Assembly: GCA_038087875.1 (NCBI GenBank)
Contig: CM075996.1
Coordinates: 126,001-190,000, forward strand
DNA: 64,000 bases
Source: Malacoraja senta
Lineage: Eukaryota
Direction of reading: 5' to 3'
Shown: piece after piece, positions 38,241 through 50,196 of the stretch
How the letters are laid out: the number at the start of each line of letters is the position of its first letter
Numbering within the stretch: position 1 is the stretch's first letter
The notes under the pieces: generated by a model
Told to the model about the DNA's origin: nothing
The model's input: only the letters and a program-made list of their open reading frames with translations
Databases searched by the model: none
Made by a program: the position numbers and the translations under genes

Positions 38241-39392
38241 AAGCCATTTAGAACGGAGATGAGCAAACACTTTTTCTCACAGAGAGTTGTGAGTCTGTGG
38301 AATTCTCTGCCTCAGAGGGCGGTGGAGGCCGTTTCTCTGGATACTTTCAAGAGAGAGCTAGATAGGGCTCTTAAAGATAGCGGACTCAGGGGATATGGGG
38401 AGAAGGCAGGAACGGGGTACTGATTGGGGATGATCAGCCATGATCACATTGAATGGCGGTGCTGGCTCGAAGGGCCTATTGTCTATTGGCCTTTATGCTC
38501 TCCATCACTGTAGCAGATACAAAAGGAATTAAGACAAGGCTACGGCCAGGACCAGGTTGGTTACAAAGAAAGGGATACCCTGAGATACTGGGAAAAAGGC
38601 AGGGATCAGAATAGGGACCAAACACAAAAGAGTGGATGGTCAACAGAGATTTAGTCGGTAGATGTGGGTGAGGACCCAGTCCATCATCGGCTCTGATCTC
38701 CCTTCCATCGAGGGGATCTATCACAGTCGCTGCCTCAAAAAGGCTGGCAGCATCATCAAGGACCCACACCATCCGGGCCATACACTCATCTCCCTACTAC
38801 CTTCAGGTAGAAGGTACAGGAGCCTAGATAGGGCTCTTAAAGATAGCGGAGTCAGGGGATATGGGGAGAAGGCAGGAACGAGGTACTGATTGGGGATGAT
38901 CAGCCATGATCATGTTGAATGGCGGTGCTGGCTCGTAGGGCTCGTTGTCTAGCCAGGGGAAATATTGGTTGGTATTCATGACATCACCTTCAGAAGTCGA
39001 AAAGTTATCCAGTTTGGGAACTAGTCTACTAGTTATACTAGAACTAAACTAGTCAGTCTCCCCCTTCTGTCGTGGGGTAGACTGACTCTCCTCCCGCCCC
39101 CCCCCCCCCCCCCCATCCCCAATCCTTTCCATTCATCACTTTAATTTCATGTTTCGTGTATCTTGTGTTTTTATGACTGTTGGCAGATTAATTTCCCTCC
39201 TGGAATAAAGTTTTGTCATATCGTATATTGTATAAATATCTTTCAGTGGGAGTCTCTATCCAAGTTGAATATAGATTTCAGGGAAACACAGTGGAATGGG
39301 GCAGATGCATTTGCTTTGAGAGCTGGCATAGAATCGGTGGGCTGAATGGCTTCCTGTGTCATAACGAAATATGAGAAACTGGGACGGCAGTA

Positions 39393-39621
39393 AGGGCCTG
39401 TCCCACTTGGCGATTTTTTTCAGTGACTGCCGGCGTCATATCAGTGTCGCCAAAAAAGATTTTGAACATTTCAAAATCCAGCGGCGACAAAAAAATGTCG
39501 CAACACTCGGAAAAAAACACCGCGTGTCATACGTCATCACGCCGCAAATTTTTCGGTGACCTGATACGTCAGTCAATGATGCCGGCAGTCGCCGAAAAAA
39601 TAGCCAAGTGGGACAGGCCCT
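39393..39621. mobile_element. PIF/Harbinger-type MITE (subfamily C)
   Basis: TIRs present; interior matches 26585-26829. Confidence 0.9.
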
Positions 39622-40092
39622 ATAGAGGGGATTTTACTTTTGTCTAATCTGTGTGGTCCCTACTTAAAGAGTGTTTGTCATAGTCCTGGCAACATCCTCG
39701 TAAATCTCTGCATTCTCTCCAGTTTCACAACTTCTTTCCCATAACAAGGGTGACCAAAACTGAACAGGATACTGCAAGTGTGGCCTCACCAACATCTAAG
39801 TGCGGCCTCACACAGTGCTTAATGGGAGAGTGCTTTATCTAACCTGCTCTCACTGCCGGGTGAGGGACTGACGGGATAGTCCAGGAGGAGTACCTTCAGT
39901 ATCTGTGATGGAAGTTTTATTCAAGTATTTAACCAGTGCTGTACTTAATCTGGAAGTTTGATAGATTGGTGAAGAGAGAAAATAGCTCTAATAAGGGTCT
40001 CGACCCGAAACGCCGCTTATTTCCTTCTCTCCATAGATGCTGCCTCACCCGCTGAGTTTCTCCAGCATTTGTGTCTACCTTGCAACTAAAGG

Positions 40093-40924
40093 AGGGTCTG
40101 TCCCACTTTCACGACCTAATTCACGACCTCTGCCGTGTTTGCCGTTGACACATACTCGCAGCATGGTCGTCACGAGGTCGTAGGAGGTCGTAGGCAGGTT
40201 GTGATGCTAGTCGAAGGCAAAGATTATAGAGCAGAGCAAGATGCGCCACTCTGCGGAAAAAGCGTAGTATGACATGGGTGAGTGTTGACGCTATTTTACC
40301 GGACTGCAATTTACAATAATAATAATAATATTTACAATAATATTAACTAAATATGTGAAGTGATAGATGCTATATAAAACACTGTTCCCTACAACACGGA
40401 TTACACCAAAGATGATAGAGCAGATCAATCTTTGGAACGGATTACACCAAAGATACTAGAGGAGCATTACCCGCTGCCTCGGGAGCGCCGACGCTTGAGG
40501 CTCTCCCGCCATACAGAGAGCCTGGTGCCGGCCGCCTTCATCTGGTATCGGGGAGACCGAGAATCAGTCCTGGATCAACTCAGGAGTGGAGGAAACGTCC
40601 TCTTCCCCCAAAGATACTTGAGGAGCCTCCAGTATCTTTGCTCTTCCCTGCGACCTGATGTAAGCGCAGATTGTATAACTGTGGAGTCCGTCCCCTCTAC
40701 CAAAGATGTCGCGTTTTGCTTTAAAAAATGGCGGCCGTGACGTTCCGTTACGTACTACACGTCAGTCCATTGGATTTCGGAGGAGTGGTCTATCTTGCTC
40801 CTCTAGTATCTTTGGTCGAAGGTACTCGTGGCATCAAGTAGGTCGGGCCGTTTTTCCAACATGATGAAAAGTGTCCACGAGTAAAAAAGGCCGTGAATTA
40901 GGTCGTCAAAGTGGGACAGGCCCT
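40093..40924. mobile_element. PIF/Harbinger-type MITE (subfamily A) carrying a nested element
   Basis: The two halves join to match 19261-19488. Confidence 0.88.
40218..40814. mobile_element. Non-autonomous DNA transposon with 8-bp TSD (P- or hAT-like)
   Basis: TIR CAAAGATTATAGAGCAGAGCAAGAT / ATCTTGCTCCTCTAGTATCTTTG; exact TSD GTCGAAGG. Confidence 0.85.
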
Positions 40925-41667
40925 TCACCATGCTGTTTTTGAACTGGGAGCATTTGGCAGAACAGTAAATTTAAACATATAACTGCAGATGCTGGAAATC
41001 TGAAATAAAACCAGAACATGCTCGAAACACTCAGCTGGTCAAGTAGCACTTGTGGAAAAAGAGGGAAAATTAAATCTGATGAAATATTGCTGAGCTGAGA
41101 CATTATGTTTCTTTCTCTTTTCACAGATGTTGCTTAAACTGCTGTTTCCAACCTTTCCTGCTTTTTATTTGGCTGGGCGGTGTCGAAGGAGCTACACTTT
41201 CTGTCTAACTGATTCCGTACTTCCCCGCGCATATTCGAGTGGTTTAATTTCTTTTTTTCCCCTCATTAAAACGGTCACTGATGGGATAAAAATCATGCAG
41301 TTGCAATTCATTTGGAAACTTGCATCACAATGGGAACGAAATGTCAAAAATGAAAAAAAATCATTAATATGTAACAGCTATATTTTGTTTGTTGCTCATT
41401 TTCTCCTTGTGGGCGCAATTGGCAAGGCTGGCGTGTGTCACCCTCACTGGTGTCCTGGGAAGGTCATCGTGTACTGAGCCATTTCAGAGGACAGCAAAGA
41501 GCAAACTGCAGTTATATGTAAGCTCATACCACACACAGATGACATAGAAACATGTGAACATGACATAGAAATAGGTGCAGGAGTAGGCCATTCGGCCCTT
41601 TGAGCCAGCACCACTGTTCCCTGTTCCTGCTTTCTCCCCATATCCCTTGATTCCGTTAGCCCCAAGA

Positions 41668-42046
41668 GCAAGGGCCAGGAAGCGAGCGAGCAAGATCATC
41701 TCTGACCCCTCTCACCCTGGCCACAAACTCTTTGAATCACTTCCCTCTGGTAGACGACTCCGGATTGTCAAAGCTGCCACAGCCAGACATAAAAACAGTT
41801 TTTATCCACAAGTAGTTGCTCTACTCAACAGCCAAAAATCTGTAGCCTCCATTTGATCTGGTATTTTGTTGGTTCACATGCTTGATCAATGGTGTTTTAT
41901 CATTAATGTTTTATTATTATTAATGTTTAGTGTTTTCTGAATCATGCGTAACTATCACTGTATGTCATGTTGTTACTTGTGGACGGAGCAACAAGGCAAA
42001 TTCCTTGTATGTGAATACTTGGCCAATAAACTTACTTACTTACTTA
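41668..42046 (+). mobile_element. Rex1/Babar 3' fragment
   Basis: ARARKRASKIISDPSHPGHKLFESLPSGRR; (ACTT)n tail. Confidence 0.88.
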
Positions 42047-42321
42047 ACTCCCTTTTGAATACATCCAGTGAATTGACCGCCATCATGGAACATGAGGAAC
42101 GTGTTCCCTCATGTACAAAGAACCTACAATCCTTCAGCCCCATTGTCCATTTTGTCTGCAGATGCTATTTAAAAATTGTTTTTAAATTCTGAAACTCCCA
42201 TGGCAGGATTTGAACGTAATGGATCATTTTGGACCAACAGATTACCAGTGTAGTTTTGCTATCAGAGCGTGCATTTTCTGCGCAGCGAGCTCTGTACACA
42301 CAGTCACATATTAACAACTAA

Positions 42322-42511
42322 AGGGCCTGTCCCACTTGGGCGTCATTTGTGAATCCCAAAATCCTGGGGAGCCGCGCGCGACGGCATGTCACTGCCTACG
42401 CCACCATGTCTCACCACGCGCCATGCACGCCATGCGCGCGTCGTGTGTCATGACGCGTAAATGATGTCGCGTAAAATGACGCGGAAATAACGCCCAAGTG
42501 GGACAGGCCGT
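42322..42511. mobile_element. PIF/Harbinger-type MITE (subfamily D) inside a Deu SINE relic
   Basis: TIRs present; TSD TAA; CpG-rich interior. Confidence 0.88.
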
Positions 42512-42667
42512 TAAGTATGCCGTTGACTGAGGGATAAATCTTGGCTTCAACACCCTATGAAGGGCCCACCTGCTCTTCTACCGTGAGATCTTTTATGTCC
42601 CTGAGACTGCAGACAAAGCCTCGGGCAGCATCAACCGACTCCAACTGGTCCAAAATGCAGCCGCCCG

Positions 42668-43640
42668 ATGGGAGGGGGTCTTTTCGAAACATATAAGATT
42701 ATTAAGGGTTTGGACACGCTAGAGGCAGGAAACATGTTCCCGATGTTGGGGGAGTCCAGAACCAGGGGCCACAGTTTAAGAATAAGGGGTAAGCCATTTA
42801 GAATGGAGACGAGGAAACACTTTTTCTCACAGAGAGTGGTGAGTCTGTAGAATTCTCTGCCTCAGAGGGCGGTGGAGGCCGGTTCTCTGGATACTTTCAA
42901 GAGAGAGCTAGATAGGGCTCTTAAAGATAGAGGAGTCAGGGGATATGGGGAGAAGGCAGGAACTGGGTACTGATTGGGGATGATCAGCCATGATCACATT
43001 GAATGGCGGTGCTGGCTCGAAGGGCCTATTGTCTATTGGCCTTTATGCTCTCCATCTCTGTTGCAGATACAGAAGGAATTAAGACAAGGCTACGGCCAGG
43101 ACCAGGTTGGTTACAAAGAAAGGGATACCCTGGGGTACTGGGAAAAAGGCAGGGATCAGAATAGGGATCAAACATAAAAGATTGGATGGTCAACAGAGAT
43201 TTAGTCGGTAGATGTGGGTGAGGGCCCAGTCCATCATCGGCTCTGACCTCCCTTCCATCGAGGGGATCTATCACAGTCGCTGCCTCAAAAAGGCTGGCAG
43301 CATCATCAAGGACCCACACCATCCTGGCCACACACTCATCTCACCACTACCTTCAGGTAGAAGGTACAGGAGCCTGAAGACTGCAACGACCAGGTTCAGG
43401 AATAGCCGCTTCCCTACAACCATCAGGCTATTAAACTCGCCTCGGACAAAACTCTGAACATTAATAGCCCATAATCTGTTTATTTGCACTTTATCAGTTT
43501 ATTTATTCATGTGTGTATGTACTGTATTTATACAATTGTATATGGACACACTGATCTGTTCTGTATTCATGCCTACTATGTTCTGTTGTGCTAAAGCAAA
43601 GCAAGAATTTCATTGTCCCATCGGGGACACATGACAATAA
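42668..43640 (+). mobile_element. Composite of a CR1 3' fragment, a spacer and a Rex1 3' fragment
   Basis: ORFs 42668-42850 and 43212-43457. Confidence 0.85.
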
Positions 43641-44248
43641 ACTCTCTTGAACTCTTGAGGGTTGGTTAGCGGGGATGGTGGGACAATCAGTGGTCAGAGC
43701 ACTGGTAGTCAGCGTGGCAGGTAGATTGTTGGGGGTGAAGATGGTGTTGGCAGTCAGGCAATGTTCAGAGCAGTCAGTTGGGGAACCTCAAGCAGACTTT
43801 GGTGTCACTGAAGGAAGAGGTGTAGCAACCCACTCCATGCATGGGCAGCTGCAGTGAGGACAGTATGGAAATTGAACTATATGTGTGGGCATGTTGGCAG
43901 ACCACACCAACAGCAGGCCTGGAAGAATAATGTCGGGAACCTTCCCGAATTTCCAGTACATTTTCTCTTTCATTTGGAATTGAAAATAGGGCTTAGAGCA
44001 GGTAACTCTGACAGTGCAGCACTTAGTCAGTGCTGGACCATCAGACGTGATTGTATTCTGAAGATGTTAGCGGAAAGGCCAAGAGGCCTTTGTTTGTGAG
44101 ATCCTCCGCCCTCCTGTGCACGGAGTTTCCTGTCCTACTTCTAGAGTTGTGGAGAGGGGTGGGTTTCGATGTCAGGGTTTTGAATACTTCAGGGCAAATC
44201 AAAATTGAGACTTGCATGAGATTTTATTGTTACACACAGGCGCCAGTT

Positions 44249-44563
44249 CCTCTCCGTTGGATTGCAACCTTGTCGTGGTCGGGTAGCTTATGTGTGTCTC
44301 AGTGACCCCTAGAGCTATGCCAGCGGGAGATTCGTCTCCTGTTAGGGTCTCCCATGCTGGACAGGTCGAAGGGTAGAGGCGAGACGAAGAGCGATCCACT
44401 GGCCCTCCAGGTTGGAGGTTGAGCACAGGGCTAACAACCCTGTGTCGTAAAACAAATGTGTTACGGAAACAGCAACTGAAGGAATCAACACTACTGAGTG
44501 GAGGACCTTCGTTGCTGCCCTACATGCCAGGAGGCATAATCGGCAGTAAGTAAGTAAGTAAGT
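44249..44563 (+). mobile_element. Bipartite RTE-derived non-autonomous retroelement
   Basis: RTE/BovB-type 5' motif (ccttgtcgtgg...gagctatgcc) fused to an RTE-type 3' end (WRTFVAAL) with (TAAG)n tail; 13-bp TSD acaggc(g/c)ccagtt. Confidence 0.8.
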
Positions 44564-44717
44564 ACAGGCCCCAGTTTACAAACTCCATCTTGTGGACTGA
44601 TTGTTGCTCAATTGACATTTCAAAAGCATTTCAAAAGTAATCAGCAGGTACATTTGGAGGCAGTGGTGCACTCTCGGAAGAGCAGTTCTGAGTGAATGTC
44701 AGCTGTTGGATTTGTAC

Positions 44718-45168
44718 GGTAGACAAAAATGCTGGAGAAACTCAGCGGGCGAGGCAGCATCTATGGAGCGAAGGAAATAGGCAACGTTTTGGGTCGAGAC
44801 CCTTCTTCAGACTGATGTGAGGGTGGGGGGGGGGGGGGGGGGGCGGGAAGAAGAAAGGAAGAGATGAAGCCAGTGGGCTGAAGGAGAGCTGAGAAGGGGA
44901 GGGAGAAAGTAAGGACTACCTGAAATTGGAGAAGTCAATGTTCATACCGCTGGGGTGCAAACTGCTCAAGCGAAATATGAGGTGCTGCTCCTCCAATTTA
45001 CGGTGGTCCTCACTCGGGCCATGGAGGAGGCCCAGGACAGAAAGGTCGGATTTGGAATGAGAGGGAGAGTTGAAGTGCTGAGCCACCGGGAGATCAGGTT
45101 GGTTATTGCGAACCAAGCGGTGGTGTTGGGCGAAGCGATCGCCAAGCCGACGCTTGGTCTCACCGATG
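44718..45168 (-). mobile_element. Penelope-like retroelement 3' end (GIY-YIG and terminal repeat)
   Basis: IGETKRRLGDRFAQH...PVAQHFNSPSH...GMNIDFSNFR. Confidence 0.92.
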
Positions 45169-46225
45169 GATTTGCACAACTGGAGGAATGCTGCACTGTA
45201 GCAATGGTGGCAGCGAGGGAGAGCCACTTTACAGCAACACTGAGGGAGCACTTTCATTTCAGAAGGACAGTACGAAGAAAGAGCCGCATTGTTGGACTGG
45301 CATAAATTTAAACAACACTGCATGTCAGAGGGCAACATTGAGTGAATGCCGCATTTAGTCAGAGCAGTTTAAAGTGCCATTTTTTTAAAGATGTATTAAA
45401 CTAATTGTCCCGTCTGCTTTCACGGGGGCAATGTAAAAGATTCTATGTTGTTAACTCAAAAAGAGCAGGTCATTTTCACCGCTGTAGTGAATCTAACATG
45501 AATCCTGAAAATAAATGATCTGATCACAATCAGATTTCTGTATCGCTATTTTTGTATAGCTTGTTTTCTAAAAAGCTTGTTTTGCTGCATTTTCCACATA
45601 AATATACTAACTAAAAAATAATTTAATACTGAGGACAACCTCTGGTCTTGGTATCCACTGTAACAAAGCGTGTCCCCCATTTCTTCATCTTGGTGATGGG
45701 CTGAATGGCCTCCTCATGCCCTGTAAGGTTCTGAGAACACTTGTCCGAAACTTTGGGATTTATTACTCTTTGTCTCTATGCTTCCCCTCGCGTTCCTTGC
45801 TTCTTCTCAGGCTGTTTTCATGACGATGTTTGCTTGCAACAAAGCTGCTACTCAAATCTTTCAAAGCTGCTGCTCGGGAAACTCTGAAGGCAGTGGCTGG
45901 GTAACCTGCCGATTGAATTTCAGCCCCCCCCCCCCTCCCCTCCCTTTCATCTTTGTGAAGCAAAGTGATTTGATTAAAGTGCTGAGTGACTGGGGGCACT
46001 GGATCCAAATCCAGAGGATACCTGGGCGATAAACATCCCACCACCTGCAGAGCTCAGGCATTAGGTAGCAGGCGGGGAGGAAGAGATGGTGGAGGGCTGG
46101 ACAGTGGTGAGAAGGGCAGGAAGGGATCGGATAACCAGATTACAGATCACAGATTGTCAGCGGAGAGAAGGTTTTTTGACAGAACAATTTCGAGAAACCA
46201 GCTCCTGTTTCTCCTAACCAGAAAC

Positions 46226-46590
46226 CAGTCGCTGCCTCAAAAAGGCTGGCAGTATCATCAAGGACCCACACCATCCTGGCCACACACTCATCTCCCTACT
46301 ACCTTCAGGTAGAAGGTACAGGAGCCTGAAGACTGCAACGACCAGGTTCAGGAATAGCTACTTCCCCACAGCCATCAGGCTATTAAACCTGGCTCGGACA
46401 TAACACTGAACTTTATTAGCCAATACTGTTATTTGCACTTCATCAGTATATTGATTCATGTGTGTATATATTTATAGAATGCCTTGTAGTCAATGCCTAC
46501 TATGTTCTGTTGTGCTGAAGCAAAGCAAGAATTTCATTGTCCTATCAGGGACACATGACAATAAACTCACTTGAACTTGAACTTGAACTC
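46226..46590 (+). mobile_element. Rex1/Babar 3' fragment
   Basis: Matches 43275-43635; (CTTGAA)n tail. Confidence 0.88.
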
Positions 46591-47107
46591 TAGCAGCAGA
46601 ATCAGAGGGCAAAGGTTCGCTAACTTGTGGCACAAAATGGCAAAAGAACCAGAGAAGAGAGTGGAAAGAATTTTTCATTCATGCAGGGAGGTTCTGTGAT
46701 GTGAAATGCACTGCCTGAGAAGGTGGATGAAAGATTTCAACCTGAAATCTCCAAAATGAATTAGATAAATGCTTGCAAAAAAAAAGGTAGGAGCAGTGGG
46801 ATGGGACCACTCTTTCTAGGAGTCTCCACATCCATCGAGAGCGGCCACACAAGGCCTGCTACCGTGCTGCATCATCCCGTGATTCTGGACGCCGAGATGT
46901 GTCTGGAGAGATGGATAGATAGAAAGAAACAATCGGGTGATGTGTTGGCCTCGTGATTGTCCACCGCATCTCTCAGGGTCAAGTTCACTGCCCTGTTGAG
47001 GGAATATCAGATCACAGCGTTGTGTGTCAATGATTTGGTGGAGAAGGCCAGAGAAGAGGAATGGAAGGAAATCTTCGTAAAAAGTGGCAGAAGAAGAGAA
47101 AGAGTAA

Positions 47108-47448
47108 TGGGCCTGTCCCACTTACGCGACTTTTCGGCGACTGCTGGCACCCGTCATAGGTCGTTGCAGGTCGCTGAAAATTTTCAACATGTTGAAAATC
47201 CAGCGGCGACCAGAAAGACGTTACGACTCTTTGGGTGACTGAGGAGACGACTCACGACCATTCAGGCGACACCCCTGGCGACATGTCGCGGGGTGAAGCC
47301 TGTATGGTCGTGAGTAGTCGCCCAAAGAGACGTACCTTGTTCTGGTCTCCGCTGGATTTTGAACATGTTGAACATTTTCGGCGACCTGCAACGACCTATG
47401 ACGGGTGCCGGCAGTCGCCGAAAAAGTCGCGTAAGTGGGACAGGCCCA
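47108..47448. mobile_element. PIF/Harbinger-type MITE with long (about 120 bp) inverted arms
   Basis: TIR TGGGCCTGTCCCACTTACGCGAC; TSD TAA. Confidence 0.92.
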
Positions 47449-47554
47449 TAATGCCGGGAGAAAAGGAAAGAGAGGGGAGAGCATGATCTTTGGATTACCA
47501 CATAGCTCATGGCACAACTAACACTGGAATAAATTGGATTTAATTCTGATTTGT

Positions 47555-47930
47555 TTATGGAAGTGTACAAAATCATGAGCGGAATAGATCGGGTAGATGC
47601 ACAGAGTCGTTCACCCAGAGTAGTGGAATCGAAGACCAGAGGACATGGGTTCACGGTGAAGGGGAAAAGATTTAATAGGAATCTGAGGGGTAACTTTTTC
47701 ACACAGAGGGTGGTGGATGTATGTATGGAACAATCTGCCAGAGGAGGTAGTTGAGGCTGGGATTATCCCATCGTTTAAGAAACAGTTGGACAGGTACATG
47801 GATAGGACAGGTTTGGAGGGTTATGGACCAAGCGCGGGCAAGTGGGATTAGGGTAGATGGGACATTGTTGGCCAGTGTGGGCGAGTTGTGCCGAAGGGCC
47901 TGTTTTCACGCTGTATTACTCTATGACTCT
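47555..47930 (+). mobile_element. CR1 3' fragment (different subfamily)
   Basis: EVYKIMSGIDRVD...TRGHGF...NFFTQRVV. Confidence 0.88.
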
Positions 47931-48475
47931 CTTCAAATGAAAAATGAGGCCCATTAAAGAATAGCAGGTTGCAAGATAAATCATTTAGATGTGAAGCATT
48001 TGGGACATCTCAAGCCTACATGAAGCATTTTATTAATGCAGGGTCTTCCTTTCAAAGTAACTGCTCTCCAACAGGTTTCCTGATATCTCAACAGGTACAT
48101 TTTAGAACACACAGCTCTCGATGAGCTGGAAGAGCTTGGTCAAGGTATAAGATGTGGGTGGGGCTACTGCATCAGACCAAAATGGAAATATGGGAACAGA
48201 AGGAATGAAAGGTTGCATTTTACAGCACCAAGCCATCCCTACGTGTTTTGCCACCAATAATATGCTTTTTGAAATGCAGTCATGGTTGCAATGTTGGAAA
48301 CACAACTGACGATATGTGAACAGCAAACTATCATATGATGATAATGATCAGATAGTGTGTTGTTACAACACAGGCAAGGAATTGGTCCCAGGATAGCAAA
48401 GGTTTTGGGGATATGGTGAGAATCAGTGGGACCTGCTCAGTTCTTCCTTGAGATAGTGTCCAGAAGATCTTTTAT

Positions 48476-49104
48476 GTAGAAACAAGGAACTACAGATGCT
48501 GGTAGACACAAAATGCTGTAGAAACTCATTGGGTGAGGCAGCATCCATGGAGAGAAGGAATTGGCGATGTTTCGGGTCAAGACCCTTCTTCAGTCTGAAG
48601 AAGGGTCTCGACCCGAAACGTCGCCAATTGCTTCTCTCCATAAATGTTGCTTCACCCGCAAAGTTTCTCCAGCATTTTATGTCTACCTTCGATTTTACCA
48701 GCATCTGCAGTTCTTTCTTAAACTACAGATGCTGGTTTACCAAGGGAAAGCACAAAATGCTGGAATAACTTGCAGGTTACATCTCTGGAGAATCCCTGGA
48801 GAACATGGATAGTGATGTTTCAGGTTGGAACCCTTCTTCAGACTGATTTGATAATTGACCTTTCGGGTTAGGATCCTTCGTCAAACTGACCTGAAGAAGG
48901 GCCCCGACCCTCAATGTCACCTCCCTTTGATCTCCAGGGATGATCCTGACCCACTGAGTTACTCCAGCATTTTGTGGCTTTCCTCGGAAGACCTAATAGA
49001 GTGTATGGGGGTAGATACAAAACGCTGGAGTAACTCAGCGGGCCAGGCAGCATCTCCGGAGAGAAGGAATGCGTGACTTTTCGGGTCGAGACCCTTCTTC
49101 AGAC
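48476..49104. mobile_element. Cluster of nested PLE hairpin elements
   Basis: One hairpin (about 48500-48722) sits inside another (aactacagatgctgg duplicated), followed by a third partial copy. Confidence 0.82.
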
Positions 49105-49264
49105 ATACAGAGTGTATGGGATCTTGGTTTAACATTACATCCAACAGACAGAACCTCCAGCAGCAATCCCTTTGCAATGCGCTGCGAGTGTTGGCCAGGA
49201 CGATTGTGCCCAGGCACTTGGAGAAATGTGTCTATACTCATGTTCAAGGCTGGTCGCTGAGTTA

Positions 49265-49503
49265 AGGGCCCGTGCCACTTTCACGACCTAATTCACGACC
49301 TCTGCCGAGTTTGCCCTTGACTCATACTCGCAGCATGGTCGTCAGGAGGTCGTAGGTAGGTCGTAGGTAGGTCGTAGCAGGCCGTGATGCTAGTCGTAGG
49401 TACTCGTGACATCAAGTAGGTCGGGGCGTTTTTTCTAGCATGATGAAAAATGTCCACGAGTATTAAAGGTCGGTAATTAGGTCGTGAAAGTGGGACAGGC
49501 CCT
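49265..49503. mobile_element. PIF/Harbinger-type MITE (subfamily A)
   Basis: TIRs present; TSD TTA. Confidence 0.9.
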
Positions 49504-50196
49504 TTACTGGACAATGACTAGTGTACTTCAAATTATTCCTAAGCAAGGTGATCAACAGAGGCACAATCATAACTGGATTTTTTTTATCCTCTGGAGCCAA
49601 CTCTGAGACATGTTCAACCCCAGTGGCCTGATGCAAATGCACCTGGTGGAACTAGAAACCTGAAGGACTCAAGAAGATCAAGGGAACCACCACCAAGTCC
49701 TTGGAGGTCTGGTCATTTGCAACATAGAATCCAGATAAATGTTGGAGAACGGAAATTGAAAAGCAAGGAGAGATTGACCAGTGCATCCTAAATAGGACTG
49801 ATGAACATGCTCCCTACCTAGATCCTGTCCACTATGAAATTCATCAGGTGCGGATCTTCATGTGATGTGCAACTGAAGGAGCACGTTTCAGTGCATGTTC
49901 ATCTGCATGCATTCTTTGGCGTTAGCCTGCATTTATTGACTTCAACCAATTACCCTGAGAGATTGGTAGATCTTCATAAGTTATAGAAACAGAATTAGGC
50001 TATTTGGCCCACCAAGTCTACCTCGCCATTCTGATCAATCTTTCCCTCTCAACCCCATTCTCTTGCCTTTTCACTGGAACCACTGACACACCTTCTTGAG
50101 TCATTGTAATTTTCAGCCGAAACCTTTTTAAAAATATTCTCCCTGAATCTCACCTCAGAGGGCATTATAGATCAGGAGACACAAGGGACTGCAGTT

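Noticed and set aside
45811..45900. Plus-strand exon after a strong pyrimidine tract
   Set aside because: The open frame gives an unrecognisable peptide and is not phase-compatible with the 46977 candidate.
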